A DNA stretch of 62,022 bases from positions 1 through 62,022 of the forward strand of contig JAJZZI010000048.1 of the NCBI GenBank assembly GCA_021797635.1. The letters run 5' to 3'. This document shows, one piece after another, positions 38,637 to 50,502 of this stretch. Position 1 is the stretch's first letter. Each line of letters starts with the position of its first letter. A model generated the notes under the pieces. The model saw only the letters and a list, made by a program, of their open reading frames with translations. It was not told the DNA's origin and ran no database searches. The translations under genes and the position numbers were made by a program. Origin of the DNA: Bacillota bacterium. Its GTDB lineage: Bacteria > Bacillota > Sulfobacillia > Sulfobacillales > Sulfobacillaceae.

Positions 38637-39591
38637 ACCGTTTCTGCAAATCCAGCAAATTTCGAAGAGCTTTGCCTTAGGCAAGGCCCGTATTGACGCC
38701 GTCCGCGCCGTGTCGATGACGATTGCCGAAGGCGAGACATTCGGATTGGTCGGTGAGAGCGGGTCGGGAAAATCTACGCTAGGGCGATTGGCCATCGGTT
38801 TAATGAAGCCTGATGCCGGTTCGGTGAGGGCGTCGGGCGTCGATCTTGTCACTGCGTCGCCGGCCAAGCTGCGCGAGATGCGCAAATCCCTTCAGATTGT
38901 GTTCCAAGACGCCCAGTCCGCCTTGAATGGTCGGGTCAGTGTGGCTTCCAATATCATGGAACCGCTTGTGATTCACAACCAAGGAACACCAAGCGAACGG
39001 CTTAGGCGCATTGGCGGCCTTTTAGAGCGCGTGGGCCTGACCGCGGCGCATGGCCCGGCCATGCCGGATGAGCTTTCAGGAGGCCAGTTGCAGCGGGTGA
39101 TGATTGCCCGAGCGTTAGCGCTCGGGCCAAAACTCTTAGTATGTGATGAAATTTTGTCGGCCTTGGACCTTTCGGTGCAAGCGCAAGTCTTAAGCTTGCT
39201 GGAAGATCTGCGCTTAACCGAGCATCTGGCCTATCTCTTTATCTCCCACAATCTTTCTGCGGTGAGTTACTTGAGTCAGGTCATTGGGGTGATGTATCTA
39301 GGCGAATTGGTCGAATGGGCGCCGACCAAGAGCCTTTTAGAAAAACCCGGTCATCCCTATACGAAGGCCTTGTTTGACTCCATTTTAGACGTGCCCGAGT
39401 CGAAGGCGGCCAGGAAACCGTTGACGATTCTTCCGGGCGATATTCCTTCGGTGATCGATAGACCCAAGGGATGCCCATTTCACACACGCTGTCCCTTGAC
39501 CATGGACATATGTCGAACGGTGCCGCCTCAGTTAGTTCAGGTTGGCGAGCACCACCATGCGGCGTGCCATGCGATTCATGCGGCGGGCTGA
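38626..39591 (+). CDS. peptide/nickel-type ABC transporter ATP-binding protein (DppF/OppF-like)
   Basis: Walker [10 protein letters not shown], signature LSGGQLQR, Walker B LLVCDEILS and a C-terminal CPFHTRCP motif. Confidence 0.9.
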   Translation: MSDRPFLQIQQISKSFALGKARIDAVRAVSMTIAEGETFGLVGESGSGKSTLGRLAIGLMKPDAGSVRASGVDLVTASPAKLREMRKSLQIVFQDAQSALNGRVSVASNIMEPLVIHNQGTPSERLRRIGGLLERVGLTAAHGPAMPDELSGGQLQRVMIARALALGPKLLVCDEILSALDLSVQAQVLSLLEDLRLTEHLAYLFISHNLSAVSYLSQVIGVMYLGELVEWAPTKSLLEKPGHPYTKALFDSILDVPESKAARKPLTILPGDIPSVIDRPKGCPFHTRCPLTMDICRTVPPQLVQVGEHHHAACHAIHAAG

Positions 39592-39639
39592 CCGGGTTCG
39601 GTGTAGGCCGCAACCGCAAAAAGGGAGGAGGATTTACCG

Positions 39640-40527
39640 GTGAAGTGGTACGTATTCCTTGGATACCGCTTAGTGGGCATGGCGCTGGTGCTCGCCGCAG
39701 TCGTGGCCGTGGCCGCGGCGATCAGCTTTTATGGTCAATTTAGCGGGCCTTACCATCCGGGCGAGGTCATCCCCCCCCACGGACTTTTGGTATTAGCTCG
39801 CTACATCGGTCAACAAGAGCGCGACATTCCATTAGATTTTAACTATCCCGGTGGCGTGTTTGTCACCGCTGTCAACAGTTCGCTGATCTTGATTTTTGGC
39901 TCAATTTTCTTAGCAGGACTGGTCGCCCTGCCTCTAGGGACCTATGCTGCCATCCATAACCGCCATTGGCTCCGTCACGTCGGTACCCTGGGTACCTTGA
40001 CGGCGCAGGGGGTACCTCCCTACGTCATGTCCGTGGGCCTGGTATTCTTTTTTGCCACCCTTTGGCGATGGTTTCCTTTAGGCGGTTGGAACTCTCCCGC
40101 GAGTGTGGTGCTGCCCACGGTCGCGTTGGCTGCTGGGAATGTGGGCTACATGGCCAAATTCATGCAGGCGGGCATGACCGAGGTTTTGCAACAGCATTAT
40201 ATTGTGCATGCTCGCGCTCGCGGTGTGCCCGAATGGGCGGTCTTGCTTCGTCATGCGCTGAGGCCGTCTCTGGTGGCCACGGTCACCTTCTTCGGTCCAC
40301 AGGCAGCCATGCTGATTAATAACATGCTAGTGATTGAGATCGTCTTTCAAATTCCCGGATTGACCACGATTTTAGGCGGCGGCCTTTCCGGCGGGGTGGG
40401 CAGCCCATTTGGACAAAGCCATACCGAGCTGGCCTTTTTCCTATTGGCCCTCATGGTCTTGGTGCTAAACCTTCTTATCGATATCAGCTACCGCTATCTT
40501 AATCCGTTGACGGCACGCTCGCTGTAA
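39640..40527 (+). CDS. peptide/nickel-type ABC transporter permease (DppB/OppB-like)
   Basis: HARARGVPEWAVLLRHALRPSL matches the tArAkGl...HalrN loop. Six TM segments. Confidence 0.75.
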   Translation: MKWYVFLGYRLVGMALVLAAVVAVAAAISFYGQFSGPYHPGEVIPPHGLLVLARYIGQQERDIPLDFNYPGGVFVTAVNSSLILIFGSIFLAGLVALPLGTYAAIHNRHWLRHVGTLGTLTAQGVPPYVMSVGLVFFFATLWRWFPLGGWNSPASVVLPTVALAAGNVGYMAKFMQAGMTEVLQQHYIVHARARGVPEWAVLLRHALRPSLVATVTFFGPQAAMLINNMLVIEIVFQIPGLTTILGGGLSGGVGSPFGQSHTELAFFLLALMVLVLNLLIDISYRYLNPLTARSL

Positions 40528-40548
40528 TCATGGGCCGGGGTCTTCGCG

Positions 40549-40578
40549 TTGACAGATGGGGCGGCTTCTTTGTATACT
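40549..40578 (+). promoter_or_regulatory. candidate promoter of metK
   Basis: TTGACA (40549-40554), 18-nt spacer ending in TG, TATACT (40573-40578). Confidence 0.5.
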
Positions 40579-40669
40579 CGGCACGGTATTTGTCGACGTA
40601 GGGGGTACGGCGGCAAGATGCGGAGGCCAAGATGACTAACGCGCCCGAAAGTGCGTCGGGAAGCGATTT

Positions 40670-41878
40670 TTGTTGATCGGGGTGACCCAATTGGGACAGG
40701 ACTTTTTGTTTACGTCGGAGTCGGTGACGCGCGGTCATCCGGATAAAGTGGCGGATCAGATTTCGGATGCGATCTTGGACAGTATTTTGAGTCAGGACAG
40801 CTCGGCGCGCGTGGCTGCGGAAACGGTCGTGACCACGGGCCTTGCTCTCGTGGTTGGCGAGATCACCACGGGTTGTTACGTGGATATTGCCCGTACGGTA
40901 AGGGAAACCATCCGTGGGGTCGGATACACCCGAGCGAAGATGGGATTCGATGCCGACACCGTGGCCGTGATTACGTCGATCGATGAGCAATCGCAGGACA
41001 TTGCCCAAGGAGTCGACCAGGCCCTGGAAACTCGAACGGGGGAAGACGAGGAGTTCGATCGCATCGGCGCGGGAGACCAAGGAATGGTGTTTGGTTTCGC
41101 CTGCAACGAGACCGATGAATTGATGCCACTTCCCATAAGTTTAGCGCACAGCTTGGCTCGGGCATTGGACCAGTCTCGGTTGAGCGGAGCGCTTCCGTTT
41201 TTGTGGCCGGACGGCAAGACTCAGGTCACCGTGCGCTATCAAGGCGATCGGCCGGTAGCCGTGGAGACCGTGCTGATTTCAACGCAACATCGCCCCGAAA
41301 CGGGCTTGACGGAGCTTTCCCAAAGTCTGGTGGAGACCATTATCAAACCCACTTTGGGAGCCTGGTGGCATCCTAAAGTCCGGATCCTGGTCAATCCTAC
41401 CGGTCGATTTGTGATTGGCGGCCCCCAGGGGGACTCCGGACTCACTGGCCGAAAAATTATCGTGGATACCTATGGAGGCTATGCCCGTCACGGAGGAGGC
41501 GCCTTTTCCGGCAAAGACCCGACCAAAGTGGATCGATCGGCTTCCTATGCTGCTCGTTGGGTCGCCAAGAACTTAGTGGCGGCAGGGCTTGCCGACCGCG
41601 CCGAAATTCAAATTGCCTATGCCATTGGCGTGGCGCGTCCCTTGTCGATCATGGTCGACACGCATGGAACGGGAAAGCTTTCCGATCAACGGCTCGCCAA
41701 GGTTGTGGAGGAGGTCTTCGATCTTCGGCCCCTGGCGATTATCCGTGCCTTGAACCTTGCCCGCCCGATCTACCAACAAACGGCAGCCTACGGCCATTTT
41801 GGGCGAACCGATGTGGACCTGCCGTGGGAACACACGGATAAGGTTGATAGGCTTAAGGCCTTGACCGCCCGTTCTTGA
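40670..41878 (+). CDS. metK: S-adenosylmethionine synthase
   Basis: [32 protein letters not shown] and [16 protein letters not shown]. The start is TTG 40670 or GTG 40682. Confidence 0.95.
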   Translation: MLIGVTQLGQDFLFTSESVTRGHPDKVADQISDAILDSILSQDSSARVAAETVVTTGLALVVGEITTGCYVDIARTVRETIRGVGYTRAKMGFDADTVAVITSIDEQSQDIAQGVDQALETRTGEDEEFDRIGAGDQGMVFGFACNETDELMPLPISLAHSLARALDQSRLSGALPFLWPDGKTQVTVRYQGDRPVAVETVLISTQHRPETGLTELSQSLVETIIKPTLGAWWHPKVRILVNPTGRFVIGGPQGDSGLTGRKIIVDTYGGYARHGGGAFSGKDPTKVDRSASYAARWVAKNLVAAGLADRAEIQIAYAIGVARPLSIMVDTHGTGKLSDQRLAKVVEEVFDLRPLAIIRALNLARPIYQQTAAYGHFGRTDVDLPWEHTDKVDRLKALTARS

Positions 41879-41893
41879 AGATGAGGAATTAGC

Positions 41894-41938
41894 TGAAGAC
41901 CGCTGGTCGGAAATGAGCCAGCGGTCTTCAAGTTTTCT
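41894..41938 (+). terminator. rho-independent terminator after metK
   Basis: 13-bp perfect stem TGAAGACCGCTGG / CCAGCGGTCTTCA with an 11-nt loop, followed by AGTTTTCTT. Confidence 0.8.
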
Positions 41939-42121
41939 TGGTGAGCCAAGAAGATGGGCTTGCTATCCAACCTCTGCCGCGTCATGGTTGGGAGACGGAG
42001 ATTCTCGATTGGGATGGGCTATCCCCATCCAAAATGCTTGATTTTCCTCTTATCAACAGACTTATCCCCATTATCCACAGATGAGAACGTGTCTGGTGCG
42101 CAAGAAAAGTTCAGATTCTGT

Positions 42122-42150
42122 TTGACTTTTTAGACGGCTGGTGCTATATT
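42122..42150 (+). promoter_or_regulatory. strong candidate promoter of the cold-shock protein gene
   Basis: TTGACT (42122-42127), 17-nt spacer, extended -10 TGcTATATT (42142-42150). Confidence 0.6.
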
Positions 42151-42198
42151 TACCAAGGTAGTCCCAGAAGTTGGGATGATTTACGAAGGGGGATATAT

Positions 42199-42402
42199 TT
42201 GAGCATGACCGGAAGAGTCAAGTGGTTTAGTGCGGAAAAGGGTTACGGCTTCTTGGAGCGGGAAGACGGCGGTGATGTCTTTGTGCACTACAGCGCCATT
42301 AATGGCGAAGGTTTCCGAACGCTCAACGAGGGCGAGCGTGTCGAATTTGATGTGGTTGAGGGAGACCGCGGCCCGCAAGCCGCCAATGTAGTCCGACTCT
42401 AA
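42199..42402 (+). CDS. cold-shock protein (CspA family)
   Basis: [16 protein letters not shown] (RNP1) and VFVHYS (RNP2). The start is TTG 42199 or ATG 42205. Confidence 0.92.
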   Translation: MSMTGRVKWFSAEKGYGFLEREDGGDVFVHYSAINGEGFRTLNEGERVEFDVVEGDRGPQAANVVRL

Positions 42403-42433
42403 TTCGCACCAACCATCCGACATCCGTTTTTCA

Positions 42434-42466
42434 AGAGAGGGCCGGAATCTCCGGCCCTCTCTTTTC
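42434..42466 (+). terminator. rho-independent terminator after csp
   Basis: 12-bp perfect stem AGAGAGGGCCGG / CCGGCCCTCTCT with a 5-nt loop, followed by TTT. Confidence 0.7.
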
Positions 42467-42472
42467 ACCTGA

Positions 42473-42512
42473 AGACCTGCCTCCCCGTCCTTAAGGGCGG
42501 GGAGGCAGGTCT
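42473..42512. repeat. 15-bp perfect inverted repeat (second hairpin)
   Basis: AGACCTGCCTCCCCG / CGGGGAGGCAGGTCT around a 10-nt loop containing CCTTAAGG. It overlaps the 3' end of the ISAs1-like remnant. Confidence 0.6.
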
Positions 42513-42993
42513 TTGGCCAAGTTAAAGTGTTTCTTCTTGAGATCGAGCCAACTGAATACCGCATTGCGAGCTAAGACATGCGCGGCCGCTCCGGTCCGAA
42601 TGCGGGAATGGTCCTCTCGCCAGTTCACATCCCGTTTCCAAGGCGCCTTGTTCTCGAGCGCTCCATGGAGGCGAATCGCCTTCGAGGGTAACTCGGAGGG
42701 GTTTCGGCTACTTAGCCCCGCGACCGTTTCACATTGTTCCACAGTTCCCAACAGGCGCTGGCCTGATTGGATCGGCGGTGGGTGGCCTCGCCGTGACTTT
42801 TGCTCGATCAGGACTGACCATGATCCGCGACGGGGCACGTTGCCGGTTGGTTGTTTGTGGGCATGGCGGGCAACGCAATATCGCGTCTAAGGCATTCCGT
42901 TTGGCTTACACGAAGCTCTTTGTCCAGTAGCCTCTGTATAGAGGATTGGATCGTAGGGCCCGTACGATTTAGTACGTAGTGGCCCGTAGCCAT
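42491..42993 (-). pseudogene. C-terminal remnant of an ISAs1-family transposase (frameshifted, N-terminally truncated)
   Basis: Two frames together read GHYVLNRTGPTIQ... then HGALENKAPWKRDVNWREDHSRIRTGAAAHVLARNAVFSWL...NLAKDL. This matches the DYVLALKGNQ and HWGIEN.LHW.LDV.F.ED..R.RTG pattern of ISAs1 transposases. Confidence 0.55.
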
Positions 42994-43071
42994 CGGTGGG
43001 TTGACGGTGTAGATTTATAAGCCTACGATATGATCGATAAGACGAGTAAGATGATAACGGGAGATGGAATC

Positions 43072-43332
43072 ATGCGACGAATTACGGTCATGTCTAGTAG
43101 GGGACAAATCGTGGTTCCCCTAGAGATTAGACGCCAGGTTAAATGGGACACGGGAACCCGGTTAGTCATTGAGTGGTCGGGCCAGTCCCCGCGTCTTGTG
43201 TTGTCGGCAGTCAAGGAGAGGGTTGGCGAGGTAGCCATTCCGCCCGCGGGAATATTACGGGATGTATATTCGGAAAGCAGAACGTATGTTGCACAACTAC
43301 GTGCCGAGGCCGACCGGGATACGGTTTCGTGA
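43072..43332 (+). CDS. vapB: AbrB/SpoVT-fold antitoxin (VapB-type)
   Basis: SSRGQIVVPLEIRRQVKWDTGTRLVIE is the swapped-hairpin motif. GGGAGA SD. The stop overlaps the vapC start. Confidence 0.7.
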   Translation: MRRITVMSSRGQIVVPLEIRRQVKWDTGTRLVIEWSGQSPRLVLSAVKERVGEVAIPPAGILRDVYSESRTYVAQLRAEADRDTVS

Positions 43333-43730
43333 CGACGCTTTTGTTTGACACTTCTGTCTTCATTTGCCACCTCCGAGGGGAGGATAATCGCTGTAGCGAG
43401 TACTTGCAACAAGTGGTGTGGGGCACGCTGACGGGAATAATCTCCGTGCTCACGGTTGCGGAACTTTATGCGGGGGAAAGGCTATCCGAGGACGGCGAAC
43501 GCGTGGTAGACGCTTTAATGCAGCCGTTTCAGGCTGTCGAGATTGGAAGTGACATTTCTATACAAGCTGGACGTCTTTTACGGCGCTGGAGGCGTTCACA
43601 TGGCATCGGTGCCATGGATGCCCTTATCGCGGCGACCGCATTGGCCGAGGAGGTGGCGATTGTGACCCTCAACGCCAAGCACTTTAATTTTATTCCCGGG
43701 TTAGTCGTGTTAAATCCGGTGGCCGAGTAG
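43329..43730 (+). CDS. vapC: PIN-domain ribonuclease toxin (VapC-type)
   Basis: LLFDTSVFI (first acidic residue), TVAELY, GAMDALIAATA and TLNAKHF. The GTG overlaps the antitoxin stop (GTGA). Confidence 0.8.
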   Translation: MTTLLFDTSVFICHLRGEDNRCSEYLQQVVWGTLTGIISVLTVAELYAGERLSEDGERVVDALMQPFQAVEIGSDISIQAGRLLRRWRRSHGIGAMDALIAATALAEEVAIVTLNAKHFNFIPGLVVLNPVAE

Positions 43731-43993
43731 TCGACCTAGCGTGGGTACCCTCGTCGAGGGAATTATAGATTGAGCGACCGTGGACTTGGACGCCCGCCGA
43801 ATGGCGCTTACCGGTTTTAACCATAATGCTGCTTGGACTTGAGTGTGAATCAAATTCGTGGGGTACTAGTTGCTGCTAAGTCGGGCCTCCACACCTATCC
43901 CCAACGTTCCGAGCGCCTTGATGCTCTTAAGTGGAGCTGTACTCCAGGATTTCGGCATCATCCCTGTCGTGGGTGAGGCTCATACTTAAGCGC

Positions 43994-44383
43994 TCATTCT
44001 CGCATCGGAGAATCGAAGCTAGGCCCATCACACCTGGCTCGACACACACCTTGTCTAGATGGGGTCGTCTTCTCGATCGACTCGCTTTGCCCGCTGATGA
44101 ATGCCTGATGCTCGCGTTTGAGAAAGATCCCGAAGTGATGACAACACCCGTGAACGCTAACCCATGCCCTTCCATGGGTGCAGATGCCATCCGTGAAAGC
44201 CGGGTCGACCGACCGATGCATGGAAACTCCGACAAGCCACGCACGCATCGCGACGGGCCTGGCACCATCAGAACACGATCGCTCGAAATCGGGGTGGAAA
44301 GTCCCCCACCCTTCTTGGGATTTTTCATGCTGAAAGTGAGGATTTCTTAGGCTCATCTGCACTTTTGCTGGATCTGGCCGCAA
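43994..44383 (-). pseudogene. possible decayed IS200/RAYT-like (Y1 transposase) fragment
   Basis: Three long ORFs overlap here in different frames. The 129-aa minus frame has weak resemblance to the family: GTFHPDFERS versus GAFYHV.sRG, and VHGCCHHFGIFLK versus mpNHfHLLl. This is a very weak call. Confidence 0.2.
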
Positions 44384-44399
44384 TGCTGGTGGTTAGATG

Positions 44400-44800
44400 A
44401 GACTGCGGGCGCAGTGAGGCAGCCGGCGACGGACGGACCTCTCCGGTGATGGTGACCGATTGGGCGAAGTCGATCAAATCGATCTCGTCCAGACATGATC
44501 CGTTTTTATCGGTTGATTTGGTGGTTGAAGCCTTCGACGATCCCTTGACTCCAGATGACCCTGCAGCCGTTACGCGCCGCCTGCTTGTCTCGGTGACCCC
44601 ATCATTTCGGGATCGTGGTGGCTTCCGCAGCTTTCAGCCACGGGGTCGGGGCCGCTGCACGCCGATGCCGAATGAGGGTGTGGACTTGTTGGCATTCGGG
44701 ACCGGTCAAGATGAGACTCAAGGACCTCGTCGTCATTCTGGTTAAGTGATTCCGCTCCGTCTGTTCGGTCGAGGTCGTTGCCATGTGCAACTTGGGAACA
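44400..44800 (-). pseudogene. C-terminal remnant of an ISL3-family transposase (in-frame stop and frameshift)
   Basis: The minus strand reads AAAPTPWLKAAEATTIPK*WGHRDKQAARNGCRVIWSQGIVEGFNHQINR*, then in the next frame KRIMSGRDRFDRLR. This matches the ISL3 C-terminal pattern W...a..s.ip....tl......tNG.vEGfN.kiK.ikR..yG.r.f..lr. Confidence 0.5.
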
Positions 44801-44929
44801 GGCCGGGAACCGTCTCAAAGGACTATAAGCCCCAAATTACCGCCATGTCCGCCAGATCCCGGCTGGCGGGATGCTATACTATCATTGTAAGCAGAGCGTG
44901 GAGAACGATTCTAAGGGAGCGATCCAGCG

Positions 44930-45457
44930 ATGGACATAGTCGTACGCGGAAAAAACGTAGAAGTTACGTCGGCCCTTCGAGATCATGTTACCCGCAAACT
45001 TTCTAAATTGAACAGATTTCTAGAACACCAGAGCGTTGTAGCTACGGCAGTTTTGAGCGTGGAAAAAGATCGTCAAATTATCGAGGTGACGGTGCCGCTT
45101 GATGGAGGAATGCTGCTTCGCGGTGAAGAGTCGACCCCGGACATGTATGGCTCCGTCGATCGGGTCGTGGATAAGTTGGAACGCCAATTCACGAAGTTTA
45201 AGACGCGCATGCACCGCTACCATGGGGGCCATGGGAGTAGCGTGCCGCGATTAGAGGCCACTGAGGAAGAGGTCTCGGTTTCGGATTTGGTGCGCAAGAA
45301 GACTTTTCCTCGAAAGCCCATGACCTTGGAAGAAGCTCTTATGCAGATGGACCTGCTGGGTCACGACTTTTTTGTCTTTGCCAATGCCGAAAGCGATAGC
45401 ACCAACGTGCTTTACCGGCGCCGGGACGGAAGATACGGCCTACTCGAACCCAGATAG
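44930..45457 (+). CDS. hpf: ribosome hibernation promoting factor (long HPF)
   Basis: MDIVVRGKNVEVTSALRDHVTRKLSKL at the N-terminus and a C-terminal dimerisation domain (MTLEEALMQMDLLGHDFFVFAN). Confidence 0.9.
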   Translation: MDIVVRGKNVEVTSALRDHVTRKLSKLNRFLEHQSVVATAVLSVEKDRQIIEVTVPLDGGMLLRGEESTPDMYGSVDRVVDKLERQFTKFKTRMHRYHGGHGSSVPRLEATEEEVSVSDLVRKKTFPRKPMTLEEALMQMDLLGHDFFVFANAESDSTNVLYRRRDGRYGLLEPR

Positions 45458-45469
45458 CCGGAAGGCAAT

Positions 45470-45518
45470 GGGGAGGCGGCGGGGTTTTAGGCTGTCTTGG
45501 GCCGCCCCCCCTTTTTTT
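45470..45518 (+). terminator. rho-independent terminator after hpf
   Basis: Stem GGGGAGGCGGC / GCCGCCCCCCC (one mismatch) with a 20-nt loop, followed by T7. Confidence 0.6.
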
Positions 45519-45632
45519 ATGGATTTCCTAGGGACATGACCGCAAATATTTCCAATTTAGAAGAAGGAAATTGCTGAACTTCGTCGAAAGTGGTCCACAG
45601 GGCTCGATAAACGAAATTCAAGAAGCGGGTGT

Positions 45633-46256
45633 GTGGGATTGCCATCGTCATTCCAGGAGTACCAACGCATGGTTTTGCGCATGCCTGGGGTGATTTCGGC
45701 TCAGGTGTATCAAGAAGAAGATCAAGAACCCCGGGTGCATGTGGTGTGCCGGAGCTTTTCGACGCCTCGGCAAATGGTTCGGCAAATTGTTTCGTTGTTG
45801 CGAAACATGGGTTGGAACGAAGTGAGCCCGGAAATGGTAACTATCGTTCAAATTGCCCCCACCGACGACGCGGGCCCCGCGGGCAATCGCCTAAAGATCT
45901 TCGGATATTCCCTGGTTCGAAATGGAACTTCCCTTGAAGGGCGCTGTCGATTGGGGCGAGGCCCGGCGACCTTTGAAGGTGCGGCTCGGGGTGGGGTCCT
46001 GACCGCAGTTCTGGCGCAAGCAGCGGTGGCTGCAATCAACGAGACGCTTGGTGGGGTCGCGCTGACGTTCTTGGATTCGCAAATCATCGACCAAGGGGAA
46101 CGCAAGGTGGTGTTGACGACTCTGCGCTTTGGCAAGGAAGAAATTCTAACAGGTAGTGCGGTGGTTCACGGCGTGTTGGAGGAGACCGTCGTGCGGGCAA
46201 CCTTAGACGCCATTAATCGGCGCGTGGTGTTATATACCGGGGGCAAACCCGACTAA
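45633..46256 (+). CDS. hypothetical 207-aa soluble protein
   Basis: The ORF lies between the hpf terminator and the HD-GYP gene, and I recognised no family. The N-terminal half reads LRMPGVISAQVYQEEDQEPRVHVVC. The C-terminal half (GAARGG..AVLAQAAVAAINETL ... GSAVVHGVLEETVVRATLDAINRR) recalls small allosteric alpha-beta domains. Confidence 0.5.
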   Translation: MGLPSSFQEYQRMVLRMPGVISAQVYQEEDQEPRVHVVCRSFSTPRQMVRQIVSLLRNMGWNEVSPEMVTIVQIAPTDDAGPAGNRLKIFGYSLVRNGTSLEGRCRLGRGPATFEGAARGGVLTAVLAQAAVAAINETLGGVALTFLDSQIIDQGERKVVLTTLRFGKEEILTGSAVVHGVLEETVVRATLDAINRRVVLYTGGKPD

Positions 46257-46492
46257 CTCCCAAAGATTCGGCCGGCTCCATGGACCCCAAGCGAAAACAG
46301 GCGGTGCGTTCGAGCGAAATGCAGCGTAGGCAATTACGAATGGAGTATTTGCCAAAAATGAAGGGTCTAGTTCGTCGCATTCTCAGTGCAGTGGTTGTGG
46401 GAAGCGGATTCCAGTTTAACTAGGTTAGCCTGGAGTTCGGCCGAAATATTTTGTGACCGTGGTGATGATGACAGAAAGGAACGTGGGCCGCC

Positions 46493-47794
46493 ATGTACCC
46501 CAGCCGTTTGATAGCTTATATGAGTGCCGTAGAGCTTGGCGCCATGGTGGTCATTATTCACAGTGTTGCGGGAGGAATTTCTTGGGTTCACTGGGATATT
46601 CTCATTTTTCTGGCATCAGTGTTTGCTGCCGCGTTTTTTTCCATTCCGTTGCCTCGAGGCAACGGAATGGTCAGCGTGGAAATGCCGGTCTTGGTGGCGG
46701 CTTCGATTATTTTGGGACCGATAGCCGGGTTTTGGATGGGCTTCATTGGGACCTTGAATGCGGAGCAGTTGAGTGGGCGCGTGAAGTGGCCCTCCGTATT
46801 GTTTAATCGGGCTCAAATGGGGTTGGTGGGATGGAGCGCCGGGGCAGTGTTCTACGCCTTAGGAGGATCTGTTCAGCACCTCGTATGGAGCCAGTTTATA
46901 GGACCAGCGGTTGCGGCTAGCGGAGTAGCATACGTAGGCAACATGATCTTAGTGGCCGCCGCGATCAGCTTGCGTCAACATAAAAACATCTATAGTGTGT
47001 GGCGGTCCTACATGTCTTGGGCCACCCTAAATCACTTTGTGATGATGCCGGTAGTGTTTTTGATGGTCGTGGTGTATCGCATTGGGGGCCCGTGGCCGGA
47101 ATTTGTTTTTCTCGTGCCCTTAGCGCTGTCGCGCTGGGTGTACGTGCTCTTGCTTAGAATTCGTCGATTATACAACCTCGGCATGCAAGCGATGCTGGCC
47201 GGACTGGAAGCCAAGGATGAGTATACGTATGGCCATTCGATGCGAGTTGGCCACTATGCCGGGCTGCTCGCCCGGCATATGGGGATGCCAGAACATCGAG
47301 TGGACCTCATTATGGAAGCTGGCCGACTGCACGATATTGGCAAGGTGGGCGTGCCTGACGCGATTTTAAAGAAGCCCGATCGCTTGCACAGCGAAGAAAT
47401 GCTTACGATGCAGCGCCATCCCGTGGTCGGCGGAGATCTACTGGATGCCCTGGAAGTGGTGGGGTGCGTGAAAAACGGGGCCGTCTACCATCACGAGCGA
47501 TTTGACGGATCGGGCTATCCATTCAAGCTTAAAGGGGAAGACATTCCCATCGAGACGCGAATCATTTCCGTGGTAGATGCCTATGATGCGATGACTTCTA
47601 CGCGACCATACCGCCGGGCCATGAGTCACGAACGGGCCATTGAAGAGATTTCCCAGGCGTCGGGCACGCAACTGGATCCGGTGGTGGTTGATGCGTTCCT
47701 CGATATGGTCAAGCACTTTGACTTAGCTGCGCGCGAGGGTGTGAAATTTAAGGGGCGTAACCGCCCGGACCCTCCGCAATTTCGCCCCAGTTGA
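46493..47794 (+). CDS. membrane-anchored HD-GYP domain phosphodiesterase (c-di-GMP type)
   Basis: About 230-aa multi-TM N-terminal domain, then HSMRV, HDIGKVGVPDAIL and HHERFDGSGYP. Confidence 0.85.
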   Translation: MYPSRLIAYMSAVELGAMVVIIHSVAGGISWVHWDILIFLASVFAAAFFSIPLPRGNGMVSVEMPVLVAASIILGPIAGFWMGFIGTLNAEQLSGRVKWPSVLFNRAQMGLVGWSAGAVFYALGGSVQHLVWSQFIGPAVAASGVAYVGNMILVAAAISLRQHKNIYSVWRSYMSWATLNHFVMMPVVFLMVVVYRIGGPWPEFVFLVPLALSRWVYVLLLRIRRLYNLGMQAMLAGLEAKDEYTYGHSMRVGHYAGLLARHMGMPEHRVDLIMEAGRLHDIGKVGVPDAILKKPDRLHSEEMLTMQRHPVVGGDLLDALEVVGCVKNGAVYHHERFDGSGYPFKLKGEDIPIETRIISVVDAYDAMTSTRPYRRAMSHERAIEEISQASGTQLDPVVVDAFLDMVKHFDLAAREGVKFKGRNRPDPPQFRPS

Positions 47795-47889
47795 AGCTCG
47801 AGTTCAGGCATGTTAGAATTTCAGTTAAAGGTGGAGCAGAAGGGACCGAGCCCGGTTCCTTTTTCGTTATGATATAGGAGGCGGCTTAG

Positions 47890-50442
<2,553 letters not shown>

Positions 50443-50502
50443 TGCGGTCACAGCCGGATCCGCTAGGGTGGCTAGAACGTAAAGTTGAGGAGTGGACGAT
50501 TG

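Noticed and set aside
40579-40669. Expected SAM riboswitch in the metK leader.
   Set aside because: The leader is only about 90 nt, and I could not find the SAM-I core elements. A short CCCGAAAG...TCGGG hairpin superficially recalls SMK-box sequences, but the SD-sequestering pairing is not evident. I left it unannotated, and an Infernal scan would settle it.
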